Source: an uncultured Candidatus Peribacteria bacterium (GTDB lineage: Bacteria; Patescibacteriota; Gracilibacteria; Absconditabacterales; Absconditicoccaceae). Taken from it: a DNA stretch of 40,485 nt. The notes beneath the pieces were generated by a model. That model was not told where the DNA came from. It searched no databases and saw only the letters and a program-made list of their open reading frames with translations. Every line of letters starts with the position of its first letter. Positions within the stretch are counted from its first letter, which is position 1. Where the stretch lies: contig CAZVAP010000002.1 of the NCBI GenBank assembly GCA_964625125.1, positions 1 through 40,485 of the forward strand, read 5' to 3'. A program made the position numbers and the translations under genes. This document shows, in pieces, positions 14,028-25,960 of the stretch.

Positions 14028-15098
14028 ATGGATTTTAATACTTTGTTAGATAAAATTTCTAAAGAAAACTATTCTGATATTCATATTTGTGAGGACAAAC
14101 CCGTAGCTGTAAGAGATCATAGTGGAAATATTAAAAGACTGGAATTTATATTAGATAGAGACGAAATTTTTGGTTTAGCAAACAAAATAAATAGTCCAGA
14201 CCAAATTGATGCTTTGTTACAATGAGAAGAGATAGATAATGCATACACATATAACTGAAACAGATATAGAATTAATATCTATTATGATATGAATGGGATA
14301 AATATGGCTTTAAGAAGAATCCCTGAAAAAATACCTTCAATGGAAGAAATTTTACTACCTGAACATATTAAGCAAGTACTACATAAAGACAAATGACTAA
14401 TTTTAGTAACTTGACCTACAGGTTCCGGAAAATCAACAACTGTAGCAAGTTTAGTAAACTATATTAATGAAAATTTACCAAAACATATAATAACTCTTGA
14501 AGACCCAATTGAATTTATTTTTAAAGAAAAAAAATCATTAATTAATCAAAGAAATGTTGGGAAAAATACTCTATCCTGGACTAGATGAATTAAATATGCT
14601 TTAAGACAAGATCCAGATGTAATTATGGTGTGAGAAATGAGAGATTTAGAGACAATCCAATCTGTACTAACTTTGGTAGAAACCTGACATTTAGTAATTT
14701 CTACTTTACATACAGTAAATGCTCCTCAAACAATATCAAGAATTATAGATGCATTTCCTCCAGAAAAAGCAAATATGGTAGCTACTCAATTAAGTTTATC
14801 ATTGGAAATGATAATTTCACAAAGATTAATAGAAACATCAGATTGAAAATCTAGAGTAGCAGCAAGAGAAATTTTATTACAGGATTCAGCTATATCAAAT
14901 CTAATCAGAGAAAGAAAAATAGCACAAATTTTCTCTGTTATGGAAACATCACTAAATAAAGGTATGATAACAATGGATCACAGTTTAGCACAATTAATAG
15001 CTCAATGAAAAATTAATTTAAACACTGCTTTACCATATGTAAGAAATAAGCAAACTTTCAAGCAATTAATACAATTTTACTTAACTAAAAATAGATAA
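14028..15098 (+). CDS. pilT: Type IV pilus retraction ATPase PilT (356 aa)
   Basis: GLILVTGPTGSGKSTT (Walker A; TGA at 14412..14414), ITLEDPIEF, DPDVIMVGEMRD, ETGHLVISTLHT and the AISNLIRERK signature. It ends at TAA 15096..15098. Confidence 0.9.
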
Positions 15099-15853
15099 TG
15101 ACTTCTCTAAAAGATTTCTTTCACAAATATGGAACAGAAAAACAAATACAAAAATGAGATTTCTTATATAAAAGTAATAAAAAAGATACAAATATTTATT
15201 TTATAGAAAAATGAAAATTCATTTTACAAAAAGATAATCAAAAAATTGCATTAATTGAAGAGAATGAGATTTCTTGAGAAAAAAGTTTTTTAAACAATAT
15301 GCCCAAACCAATTGATGCTAAAGCTATTACAAATAGCACAATATTTTACTTAACAACTGAAGATTTTGAAAAACTTGATAATAAAACAAAAGAAGAATTT
15401 TTAAGATTATTAACTTTATTTATTTCTGATAGAGTGTATTTATTAAATTCAATAATTGATAATATTTCATTTTTAAGCAATTTTATTAACAGAAACTCAC
15501 CTGAACTAAGCTTAGATTATTTTAAAAAGCTTTTTAATAAAATTTTAGACATAAAAAGCATATTTATTTATGAAACATATGAAAATAGTATTCTTGCTCT
15601 ATTTACATCAGAATTTAATCCAGACATTGAAAATAAGATAAATAACCTATCGAACAGAAAAGAATTCTTGAACATAGAAAACAATAATATAACTTTTAAA
15701 ATAGGAAGTTTTATTTTTTATATAAATGGAAATTTTAAACAACCAAGTTATATTGTAAATAATACTTTAATTCACTCCTTAACAAGCTTTAAATATTTAG
15801 CTGAAAAAATAAGAAATTTAAAAAACGAAGAATTAAATAATCTTTTAAAATAA
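15098..15853 (+). CDS. Cyclic-nucleotide-binding (Crp/cNMP-like) domain protein, C-terminal half unknown (251 aa)
   Basis: The ATG shares its A with the pilT TAA (TAATG). The N-terminus GDFLYKSNKKDTNIYFIEKGKFILQKDNQKIALIEENEISGEKSFL...AKAITNSTIFYL fits the cNMP beta-barrel pattern only loosely. It extends track ORF 15299..15853. Confidence 0.5.
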
Positions 15854-17077
15854 GATTGTAAAATCACTAGCAGCTGTAGTATCAAATACAGGCTTTGAAA
15901 TCAAAATTTTAACATCATAATCTATAACTTTTCCTTCTCCAGTAATATGAAAATTTAAATCAGGAATAGGAATAGTCCCATCTCCAGCAGCATCTTCAGC
16001 TTTTAATTTTACCTCTAAATAGGGATAAATCTTTGATTCATCATATTCAGGTACATTAACCAACGAAAATTTTAAATTCATTTTTCAAATTTTTGAATTT
16101 TTTTTAGAATAGTCAAAATTACCTTCATAATTTTCATTTAATACAAAATCAAATCAAGTTGATACAGCATCATCAGGTGATTGATTAAACTCAGCTACAT
16201 CAGATGTATGATCTCAAACTTCATTTGGATTTGTATCCTTAGAAGTTGTATCATACTTAATATTAAATCCACCATCAGAATTAACATATCAATTAATTAC
16301 ATCTTCTCTTATAGTTGTATCACCACTATTAACTAAATTATCTTCAGTATCTACATCAACTGTTGGGAAAATAGTAAACTGGGTATCTCATGTATAACCA
16401 AACAAAGTCCGATTAACAATTACATCATTTTTTATTCAATCTCAATCTAAATCATTATTATCATTATCTAACAAAACCAAAGAATCCCGAGAAGAAGAAT
16501 TACAATTTCAATTAGAAGAATTATAAGCACATGTTAACTTAAAAGGAGTCCTTATACTTACTGATATTCAACCATTTATTTGTATATTTTCAATGTTTTC
16601 ATCCTTTACTCACGTATAATAATCTCCGGTTAAACTTTTATCCCTATATAATGCATACTGCAAAGCTTTATTAAAATCTAATTTTACATAATCATTTCCA
16701 GAGCTAATATCTGGATCTAAATTTCATTTTCAAGGCTTAGGAACAACTCAATCTGTCATACTTTTTATAGACCAAGTAATTCAATTTCAAAATTGCTTTA
16801 AAGATAGAAATCAAAAATGCTCAAAATCAGTTATTTTATAATCAGATTGATTTCAAAAGTTATTATTTCATAACCATCATCAACTTCATTCAAATCAAGC
16901 AGTATGTCCTCTTAAAACTAACTCTGCCCTTTCAACTCAAGCAATGGCTCAATAGTATGCTTGATTATATCTTTGAATATTTCATAATTCATCTACAAAA
17001 GGATTTATAATACCATACACTCAAGCTATTATAGCAGATCAAATTAAAACTAAAACTAACACAATAAACAATACCAT
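15845..17077 (-). CDS. PilX-like minor pilin / pilus-associated surface protein (410 aa)
   Basis: N-terminal TM MVLFIVLVLVLIGSAIIAG is followed by QAYYGAIAGVERAELVL (PilX_N-like). An acidic DNDNNDLDGDGIKND motif lies at about rc 16425..16472. There are very many TGA Gly codons. It extends track ORF 15845..16081. It ends at TAA. Confidence 0.5.
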
Positions 17078-17086
17078 AACTTATAT

Positions 17087-18763
17087 TTAAGAATTTAAAC
17101 TTTTTAAATATTCTTCAGCTTTTTCTAATAAAATATCCTTTTTATTTAGATCAGGATTTTCTAAAACAATCTCAAGTAAATAATTTAATATTTTACCAAC
17201 CATTGGTCAGGCTCATCATAATAATTTAACAATGTCATTTCAATTTACTGCTAAATCCTTCAATGTAATTCTACCAAATTCATTGTAAATTTCTAGTATT
17301 TCTTCTTTAAGTTTATAAACTCATTCTATATTAGAATGTTGTAAAGGATTATACTGTCAAAGTCTATCTCAAATAGTTATATCACATAAATTAAGTAATT
17401 TATCCACTCAATATTGAGAAATAAATTTCTTTATTTCATTTTTTCTTTTATTTTTACCCATATTAATTAATTCTCAAGGAAACATATGGTAAAGAACATA
17501 AAAACTAATTTCTTCAACTTCTTTTTTAGAAAATCATAATTTTGAAAAATCTTCTTTTGCATATTCTGATCAAATTTGTGGATGAACAATTGGTAATTTA
17601 TAAAGTTGTTGAGAAGATTCTTCATCTTTTTTAATACTTGCCCAATAATATTGATCTGGTTTTCAAACATCATGATATAACATTCAAAATCTAACAAGAT
17701 AATCAGAAGAAATATTTTGTAAATGATATAAAGTTAATAAACTATGGGAATAAGTATCAAAAGGATGATATCTAGTAGGCTGATCATTATGTTTACACCT
17801 ATATAAAGCTGGAAAGTAAAATTTTAAAATATTAAGCTCATCCATTAATCCAATAAATCAAAAAGCATTTCAATTTTTAAACACTTTCTTCATTTCTTGT
17901 ATAACTCTTTCTTTAGCAATATTTCTTAACAAGAAATAGAATTTCTTCATTGCTAACCAAGTTTTTCACTCAAAGTCAAGATTAATCCAGTCATATTTAT
18001 TTAAAATACTAACAAACCTAATTCCTCTTATAATTCTTAAGGCATCTTCTTGAATTCTATTATCAGGATTTCAAACTGCTCTAAGTTTTTGATTGATTAA
18101 ATCATTTAATCACTTTTGTGGATCTAAAATAAGATGAATCTTATCAAATCAACCAATATAATTTTTTAAAAAATCAATATCAATTTTTCAGTTATTAACT
18201 ATCTTTGAAATTAATTCTTGATTTTGAACAATAACAATTGGAATAGTATCTGTTTTTATGATTAAATATCCCTTGTTTTTTAAAATTTTCAAAGCTTTTT
18301 CATAATCAATATCAATTTCATCAAAATCAAATTCAAGACTAAAAGTAAATCAAGCATTTACAAAAGCATAATACAAACAATTTATAGTAAAATCCCTTCT
18401 TATACTATCCAATAAAAGATTATTAGTCCATTTTAATTCATCAGGATGTCTATTATCTGAATAAGTTCCTTCTTCTCTAAAAGGAGTAATTTCAAACTGA
18501 CAGTTTTTTTCTTTATCAACTATAGTAATAGTTCAAAATTTATCAGTTTTAAAAATACTTCATGAAGACTTATCTAAAGTATTATAAATAACTTCTGGCT
18601 TTCAAGCTAAAGTAATATCAATATCTTCAAAATTATTAGTTCTAATATTTAACAAAATATCTCTTACAACTCATCCTACAAAAAAAATATTATTATTAGA
18701 TAAAACTTTTTTAGAAAATTCATAATATTCAATTAGATTATCAAAACCCTTAAAATTAAGCAT
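17087..18763 (-). CDS. cca: CCA-adding enzyme (tRNA nucleotidyltransferase) with HD domain (558 aa)
   Basis: FFVGGVVRDILL, RRDFTINCLYY, LRAVGNPDNRIQEDALRIIRGIRF and the HD motif MLYHDVGKP. The track ORF 17467..17697 lies in a different frame and is spurious. Confidence 0.85.
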
Positions 18764-18808
18764 CCTTCAAGTTAAATATTTAAAAAACAAAGTCTATACT
18801 AACAATTA

Positions 18809-19837
18809 TTAAATTAAATTCAAAGGTAACCAATCAACCTGAAATCATTTATTCTGAAGTTTTAATATTTCTACTGCTTTATCTAAAAAAGATTTTAGAT
18901 TTTTCCCTTTTAAAATAATATTAAAATGATATTTTCAAAACTTTTTATATACTAATTGAGGTGTTGTATACAAATTAATTTCATATCATAAGTTCTGTAT
19001 CAAATATCTAAGTTCAGCTTCAATTTTAGAAATTTTAGCATAAAGCTTATCTTCAATCTGATTTTTATAAATTAAAACAGCCAATTCTGTATATGGAGGA
19101 TAAGAAAATTGCTTTCTAAACTCAAGCTCTTTTTTCCAAAATCAATCTAAATCCATTTTTAATAAAGACTGATAAACATAATGTTCAGGATTGAATGTTT
19201 GAATAATAAAATTTTTAGTTGAATAGTTTTTTAAAAACTCATAAATAAACAAAAAATGCTTCTCAGCTACATTATAATCTGGGATAGACAATCAAGTATC
19301 TGCATTTGGAAAAACAATTATATCTGGTATAAAGAACTCATTAAAAGTAAAAATTCCAGTAGAAACAATAATATTTGTAGATAACAACAAAGATTTAATC
19401 TTTTTTATTTTATTGACTGAATTTATATCAGTATTTTCCAATACCAAAGAATCTAATGAAAATTTTTCCTTTAACATATAAGAAAACTTATGTACACCTA
19501 TTCATATTTCTTTAATCCTAGTAGATCAACACTTTTTACACACTAAAATATCACTATAAACTCTTCTACAAATAGGACACATATGGATAAATTTTGCATT
19601 TTGAACATATTTTCATATTGGAATATCACAACTTTCACATTTAGGAATCCATCAACAATCTAAGCACATATAAGAACTATTATATCCCTTTTTATTTACA
19701 ATAAATAAAATTTTTTTATTAAGAGACTTATATTTTAAAATTGTCTTCTCCAATAAATTTGAAAAAATGGAATTTTGCTGGTTTTTCATATCTACCAATG
19801 CAATTTTCTTTCAATCAACTTCTGATAATTTATACAT
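18809..19837 (-). CDS. PriA-like protein, C-terminal half only (Cys-rich Zn region, helicase lobe 2, C-terminal domain; 342 aa)
   Basis: ...KIALVDMKNQ...ILFIVNKKGYNSSYMCLDCGWIPKCESCDIPIGKYVQNAKFIHMCPICRRVYSDILVCKKCGS...FRKQFSYPPY. The ATG lies 4 nt after the pilC stop, and the upstream sequence is pilC coding in another frame. I checked the frame from 18809 to 19865. Confidence 0.7.
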
Positions 19838-19841
19838 TATA

Positions 19842-20936
19842 TTATCAACCAGATAAAGAACCAATTAATGTAGCCATTGGCAAGAATATAGAAGCTACAA
19901 TCACACCTATAACCCCTGCAACAAAAACCATTAATAATGGCTCAATCACTTTAGTTATTCACTCTAACTTTGAATTTAATTCTTCTCTATAAAAATCTGC
20001 CATCTGGCTTAAAACTTCTCAAATATTACCTGATTTTTCTCAAATTCAAATAATTTGAATTAAAATTGGGTTGAATAATTCACTTCATTCAAATGATTCA
20101 GTCATTTCCAATCAAACTTCAAGATCCTTTTTTACATCCAAAATCTTTTTTCTGTAATGATAATTTTGAAAAATATTAGCAATTTGCTGTAAAGCAATCA
20201 AAGGAGACAATCATGATTCATAAAAATCTCATAATAACTTAGAAAATCTATACCGATAAAAAGTTTTTACTAAAGGTCAAACTATAGGTGCTTTTAAAAC
20301 CACTTTATCAACAACTATTTTGAATGGTAAAACCCTAGTATATAAGATATGATAAATTACAGGAATAGATACAAGAATAAGAAAAATAGTAGTATAATTA
20401 TGTTGCAAATAATTAGAAGCAGCTATAACATATTGAGTAATAGCAGGCAACTCTAATCCTGGAGGAAAAATCTGGATTATAGTAGGTATAACTTTCCATA
20501 ACAATACAATAACAGCTAATATTGAAATAATTATTACAACAGTTGGATACATCATAGCAGATTTTAACTTTTTCTTTAGTAATTCAAATCTTTCTAATTC
20601 TTTAGCCATATTATCCAAAGTTTGAGGCAATCTACCCATTTGCTCTGCAGATCTAATAAGCTCTATTTCAGAAGGAGAGAAAAAATCACTATATTTAGCT
20701 AAAGCATCTGACATACTAACACCTTCATTCACTTGCTCAATAACGTCTTTCAATATTTTTTTCATACCTGGATGTGGCTCTGCTTTCTCAATAGTAATCA
20801 ATGCATCTCTAATACCCAATCAAGCTTTTTGAGTAACAGCTAAAAGTCTAAAAAAAATAGCCTTATTCTCAGTTTTAGGCTTATTTAATTTCATATACAA
20901 ATCTTCTAAAAAACTTTTTTTTTGTACTTTAGCCAT
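19842..20936 (-). CDS. pilC: Type IV pilus / type II secretion platform protein PilC (GspF family, 364 aa)
   Basis: Two GspF repeats: FFRLLAVTQKAGLGIRDAL...FSPSEIELIRSAEQMGRL and FSKLLGDFYESGLSPLIAL...FNPILIQIIGIGEKSGNIGEVL. There are three TM segments. It extends track ORF 20277..20819 in both directions. Confidence 0.85.
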
Positions 20937-20953
20937 ATTAATTTATAAAAAAA

Positions 20954-23092
20954 TTAAATTAAAATTTCTCTTGGTTTTGAACCTTCCTGAGGTCAAACAA
21001 TACCTCTTTCTTCTAATTCATCCATTAATCTTGCAGCTCTAGCAAATCAAATTTTTAACCTTCTTTGAAGCAAAGTAATAGAAGCTTTCCTAGTTTGTTG
21101 AATAATTTCGATAGCCTGTTGAATCAGTTCTTCATCATCTCCAGATCCTCAACCAGAATAAGAACTTTCAGGTTTGGTTCATTCTAAAGCATCCAATAAT
21201 TCCTGATCATAGACTGTTTCTACAGATAAATCTTTTAAATATTTTGATTTAATTTCATTAATAACTTTTTCAGAATCTTCAGTAGAAACAAATGGAGCTT
21301 GTATCCTAATAGGATGCTTATAAGTAGGACTAGTAAACAATAAATCTCATTTACCCAGTAAATCTTCAGCTCAAACTCTATCCAAAATAGTTCTAGAATC
21401 TACTTGGGAAACTACTCAAAAAGCAATTCTTGTTGGAATATTTGCTTTTATTAAACCAGTAATAACATTCACAGATGGTCTTTGAGTAGCCAATATTAAG
21501 TGCATTCAAACTGCTCTAGCCATTTGTGCAATTCTTGCTATATTTTGCTCAACCTCTTTTTTATTTCAACTCATCATTAAGTCAGCTAATTCATCTATTA
21601 TAATTACAATTCTACTCATTTTTTCATTATCGTCAACTTTTTGGTTATATTCATCAATATTTCTAACTTTTACATCCTTTAATTTTTTATATCTTCTATT
21701 CATTACATCTACTGCCCATTTAAGAGCTCTTAATGCTTTTTCAGGTTCAGTAATAATTGGAGCAAGCAAATGAGGAATACCATCATATAATCAAAGTTCT
21801 ACTTGCTTAGGGTCTACCATTATAAATTTAAGTTCTGCAGGTGTATTTTGGTATAGTAAAGAAATTATAAAATCATTTATAGCAACAGATTTACCTGACC
21901 CAGTTTGACCAGCCACAAGCAAATGAGGCATTTTCTCTAATGGGTATAAGAACAAATCACCAGTAATAGTTTTTCAAATAGCTAAATTAGTTAAATATTT
22001 ATTCATAGCTTTAATAAAATCACTTGATTTCAAAAGCTCTGATAAATAAACAATTTTCGAGTTAGGATTAGGCATTTCTATACCAACATACTCAGTTCAA
22101 GGAATTGGAGCTAAAATTCTTATACTAGATTTTAAAGCCAAAGATAAATCTTTCTTTAATTTTTCAATACTTGAAACTTTCACTCCCTGAGCAGGTTTAA
22201 TCTTAAATTGTATAACTGTTGGTCATACTTCATATCAAGCAACTTCCACTGGAATATTAAATTCAGCTAATTTAGCTTGTAATTCCTCTGCCTTTTTTAT
22301 TAATGTATTTTCATCTATTTTTATAGTAGTATCTCAAGATTGCAATATATCAGCTGAGAAAGTTGGCTTATCTTTAGGATAAGAAATTTGAAATGATTTT
22401 TTCTCCTGTTTTTGTAGTTCTTTTTTTAATTTAGTCTTTAAAAGATTTTTTACTAAATTATCTTTTCAATCTAATTTAGAATCAGTTGTTTTGGTCTCAG
22501 AAACTGAATTAGATAAATTTACAGAAGGCTTCTTAAGTGGAATTGTAATTTTTTTTCTCTCAATTTTCTTTTCAGGTATTTCAATTTCAATCTTAGGTAT
22601 TAACAAATAAAGATTAAGCTTCCAAAATACAAAAGAAGCTATTATAATAAACACAATTATAGAAAATATCTTAGTTGATAAAATATTATTTCACATAAAA
22701 AATGACCACAATTTCAATATTCCAAATCCAATATATCATCCTGTTTTTAAAATAGTATCTGAATCAACTGAATTTAATAAAGGAAAAGATAAAATAGGCA
22801 AAAAAGACAAAAATGCTACAAAACTATATAAAAAAATTCTCTCTTTCCAATTAGGAGGATACAATATTAAACTTACTCATAATAAAATCAAACTTCAAAA
22901 AAATACTTTTATTCCTAAATTTCAAAATAAAAATTGAAATAACCACCAAATATACTGAAATGGAGAATTTGGTGCATAAAAAGTAATAAAAAAATAAAAT
23001 AATCATATTCAAATTAAAATCAATCAAACCAATCCTGGAGAAGAAACTACTTTCCTTCTTTTTTTTGTAGTTTTTCTTTTTTTCCTAGCCAT
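20954..23092 (-). CDS. ftsK: DNA translocase FtsK/SpoIIIE (712 aa)
   Basis: Basic N-terminus plus TM helices. Motor domain with AGQTGSGKS and [11 protein letters not shown]. Gamma-domain end [16 protein letters not shown]. It joins track ORFs 22466..22654 and 21566..21769. I checked the frame across 21770..22466. Confidence 0.9.
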
Positions 23093-23156
23093 ATTTTATG
23101 AAGAAAATTAAATCTAAAATAAAAATTAAATAATCAAGAAGCTTTTTCAATAGGTT

Positions 23157-24308
23157 TTAAGAAGATTTCAAAAATTTCATAACAAAGTACAATGAAAATA
23201 GTAAAATTAAGCTATCTATAAAAAAAATATTTATTCAATATCCAACTAACAAACTACCAAATATAGGAGCAAATATCATTACAATAGACCTTAAAGAAGA
23301 CAAAACTCACAAGACTTCTGCAGTTCTATCAGTAGTTTCCATTATTTCAGTATTATAAATTGGTCTAAAAACACCCAATAAAATAGAAGAAAAAATAAAT
23401 AAAACTACAAACAATTCCAAAGTTACAGGCAAGCCCATTAAAAAAGTTAATATAAGTAACCCTAAATTAGAAAAAAATAATAAAAACTTATATGAAAAAA
23501 AGTTTAACCAAAATTTTTTCAATAAAATAATTTGATTTAGTAAACCTATAAATCCAACTATACCAAGCAAGTATCAAGAATATTCTCAATTCAAATTATA
23601 CCTTAATTTCAAAATCAAAGGTAAAATTAAAAAATATGATTGAACTGCAAATAAAGTTAATAAAAAAGAATACAATAAGTACTTTAAAGGAATAGTTTTT
23701 AAATATTTAAAAATAATTTTAAAAGGATTTAAAGATAGATTTTCATTTATTTTTCTTTTTTTGCCTGTTTCTTTTACAAAAAAAGATAAAATTATAGTGA
23801 TAAGTGACAAAATAACTATAAATAAAAAAATTGTAGGGACTCCAAACTTTAATAAATAACCTCAAATAAAAGGTCATATAGTAAAAGATATACTAAATAT
23901 TGCACCAATATAACCTAGATTAATTGCTTTTTCTTTCTTATTTTTGGAAATATCAGATAAAATTGCCTGAATTACAGAAACATTAGCTCAAGTAGCTCAA
24001 TCTATAGCTCTTCAAAGCAAAAATAACCAATAATTAGGAGCCAAATAAATAATTAAATTTCAAATAAAAGTTCAAACTAAAGATAAAAATAAAATTGGTT
24101 TTCTACCATACTTTTCAGCTAGTTGCCCTAAAATAGGAAGAAACAAAAAAGCAAAAACTGAATATATGGTTAAAATTAAACCAGTATAAGCAAGACTTAT
24201 TCAATAATATTGAGCTACATCTGCTAAACTAGGAATAAATACAGAAAAACTTAGCACATCCATAAAAACAATAAGCAAAAGTATTATCTTTTGAAAAGAA
24301 GAACCCAT
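23157..24308 (-). CDS. MFS transporter (383 aa)
   Basis: About 12 predicted TM helices. MFS loop motif GQLAEKYGRKPILF, then GRAIDGATGAN. It joins track ORFs 23586..23810 and 23307..23570. Confidence 0.8.
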
Positions 24309-24331
24309 TAGCTTTTAAAATTATATAAAAA

Positions 24332-25150
24332 TTAATATTTACCTAAAAGTTTCACCTCCTTAGCAAAAAATCATAATTCATTTAATGCTTCTTCTAGAAT
24401 CTTTTCATTTTTAGGAAGTTCCAAATCTATCCAAAACATATATTCAAACTTTTTTTCTTGAGTAGGTATAGATTCAATTTTAGTAAGGTTAATTCATCTT
24501 GTAGCAAAAGCTCATAAGCATTTATACAAAACTGCAGGCATATCTTTTACTTTAAAAACAAGAGATTTTTTTGTAAAATTAGAGACTAAACTTATAGGAG
24601 AATCTCTATGAGAAATAATAAAAAATCTGGTAGTATTACCCTTTTGATCATTTATTTTTCTATCTAAAATATTTAATCAATAAATTTTAGCAGCAAGCTC
24701 TGAACTAATAGCAGCTAAAGTAGGATCAGACTTTTCTTTTACAAACTTTGCAGAACCAGCTGTATCAACTCAGATTACAGGCTGAATATTATGTTTTTTT
24801 AAGTAATTTTCACATTGCATCAAAGCTTGATAATGACTATAAGCCTTCTTAACTTTATTTAAATCAGACCCAGTTCCAACTAAACAATGCTCAATAGGTA
24901 AATAGTATTCTCCAATTATTTTTACAGGATACTTAACTAAATTAAAAAAATTCTCATGAACTGAACCGGCATAAGAATTTTCAATAGGTACAATTCATAA
25001 AGAACCCTTATTTTCTGTAACATATTCAAACATATCTTTAAAAGAAAAAAGTCATTTAACAGCAGTAGAAGGCATATTTATTTTTTTAGCTACTTCCAAT
25101 CATACTTGATGAGAATAAGCTCAAGGTTGTCATTGATAAACAATATCCAT
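24332..25150 (-). CDS. pheA: Prephenate dehydratase (272 aa)
   Basis: YQGQPGAYSH...GIVPIENSYAGSV...NTTRFFII...ACT-like end INLTKIESIP. It ends at TAA. Confidence 0.85.
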
Positions 25151-25154
25151 AATT

Positions 25155-25940
25155 TTATTTATCAAATAAATCTTCCTGAATTCAAGCTACTACTTTTACT
25201 TTTCAATTATCAACTATAAGAGTATATTCCCATTGAGCTCACAAATCTCCTTTAGCACAATAAAGTGGCCAATCTCCAGGAAATTGCTCTACCCAGTCTG
25301 TAGATTCTACAGCAGTAATTGGTTCAACTGCAAAAGCCATTCAATTTCTTACAATATGCTGTTTTAATTCAGGATTAGGATAGTTATATAAATATGGATA
25401 CTCATGCACCTTTACTCATACACCATGTCAAGTTAAGGTTTTTATAACTGAAAAACCATTTTTTTTCATAACATTAAAAATTGTTTTACCCATATCATAG
25501 AAACTTTTACCAACTTTTAAAGTTCAAACACCAGCATCTAAAGCTTGTTTAGTAGCCTTTATAAGTTTATATCATAATTGATTAAATTGATTTCAACCTA
25601 CTATTTTAGAAAAAGCAGCATCTGATACCATTCACTTATGTAAAATACCAGCATCTATTTTAACTAAATCTCATTCTTTAAAAACGTAATTGTTTGGAAT
25701 TCAATGAACAACACAATCATTTACAGAAATACATAAATTAGCTGGAAATCAATGATAACCTTTAAAAGCTCATTTTAAATTATGTTTATCAATATATTCT
25801 TGAGCTTTTTGTTCCATATCCAGCCCAGATATACCAGGTTTTAAGTAGTCATATAAAATATATAATAATTCTGTTAAATATTTACCCGATTCTTCAAGAT
25901 TTCTAAGTTGTTCTTTAGATTTATAAATAATCCTAGACAT
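25155..25940 (-). CDS. map: Methionine aminopeptidase, type I (261 aa)
   Basis: CISVNDCVVHGIP...DLVKIDAG...LTGHGVGVKVHEYP...FAVEP...WEYTLIV metal-ligand pattern. There are 4 nt between its stop and the pheA start. Confidence 0.9.
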
Positions 25941-25960
25941 TTAAATAATTAGTAAATAAA

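Noticed and set aside
17467-17697. 76-aa minus-strand ORF inside cca
   Set aside because: It starts at TTG in a frame shifted by one from the cca frame, which carries the conserved LYHDVGKP motif across the same bases.
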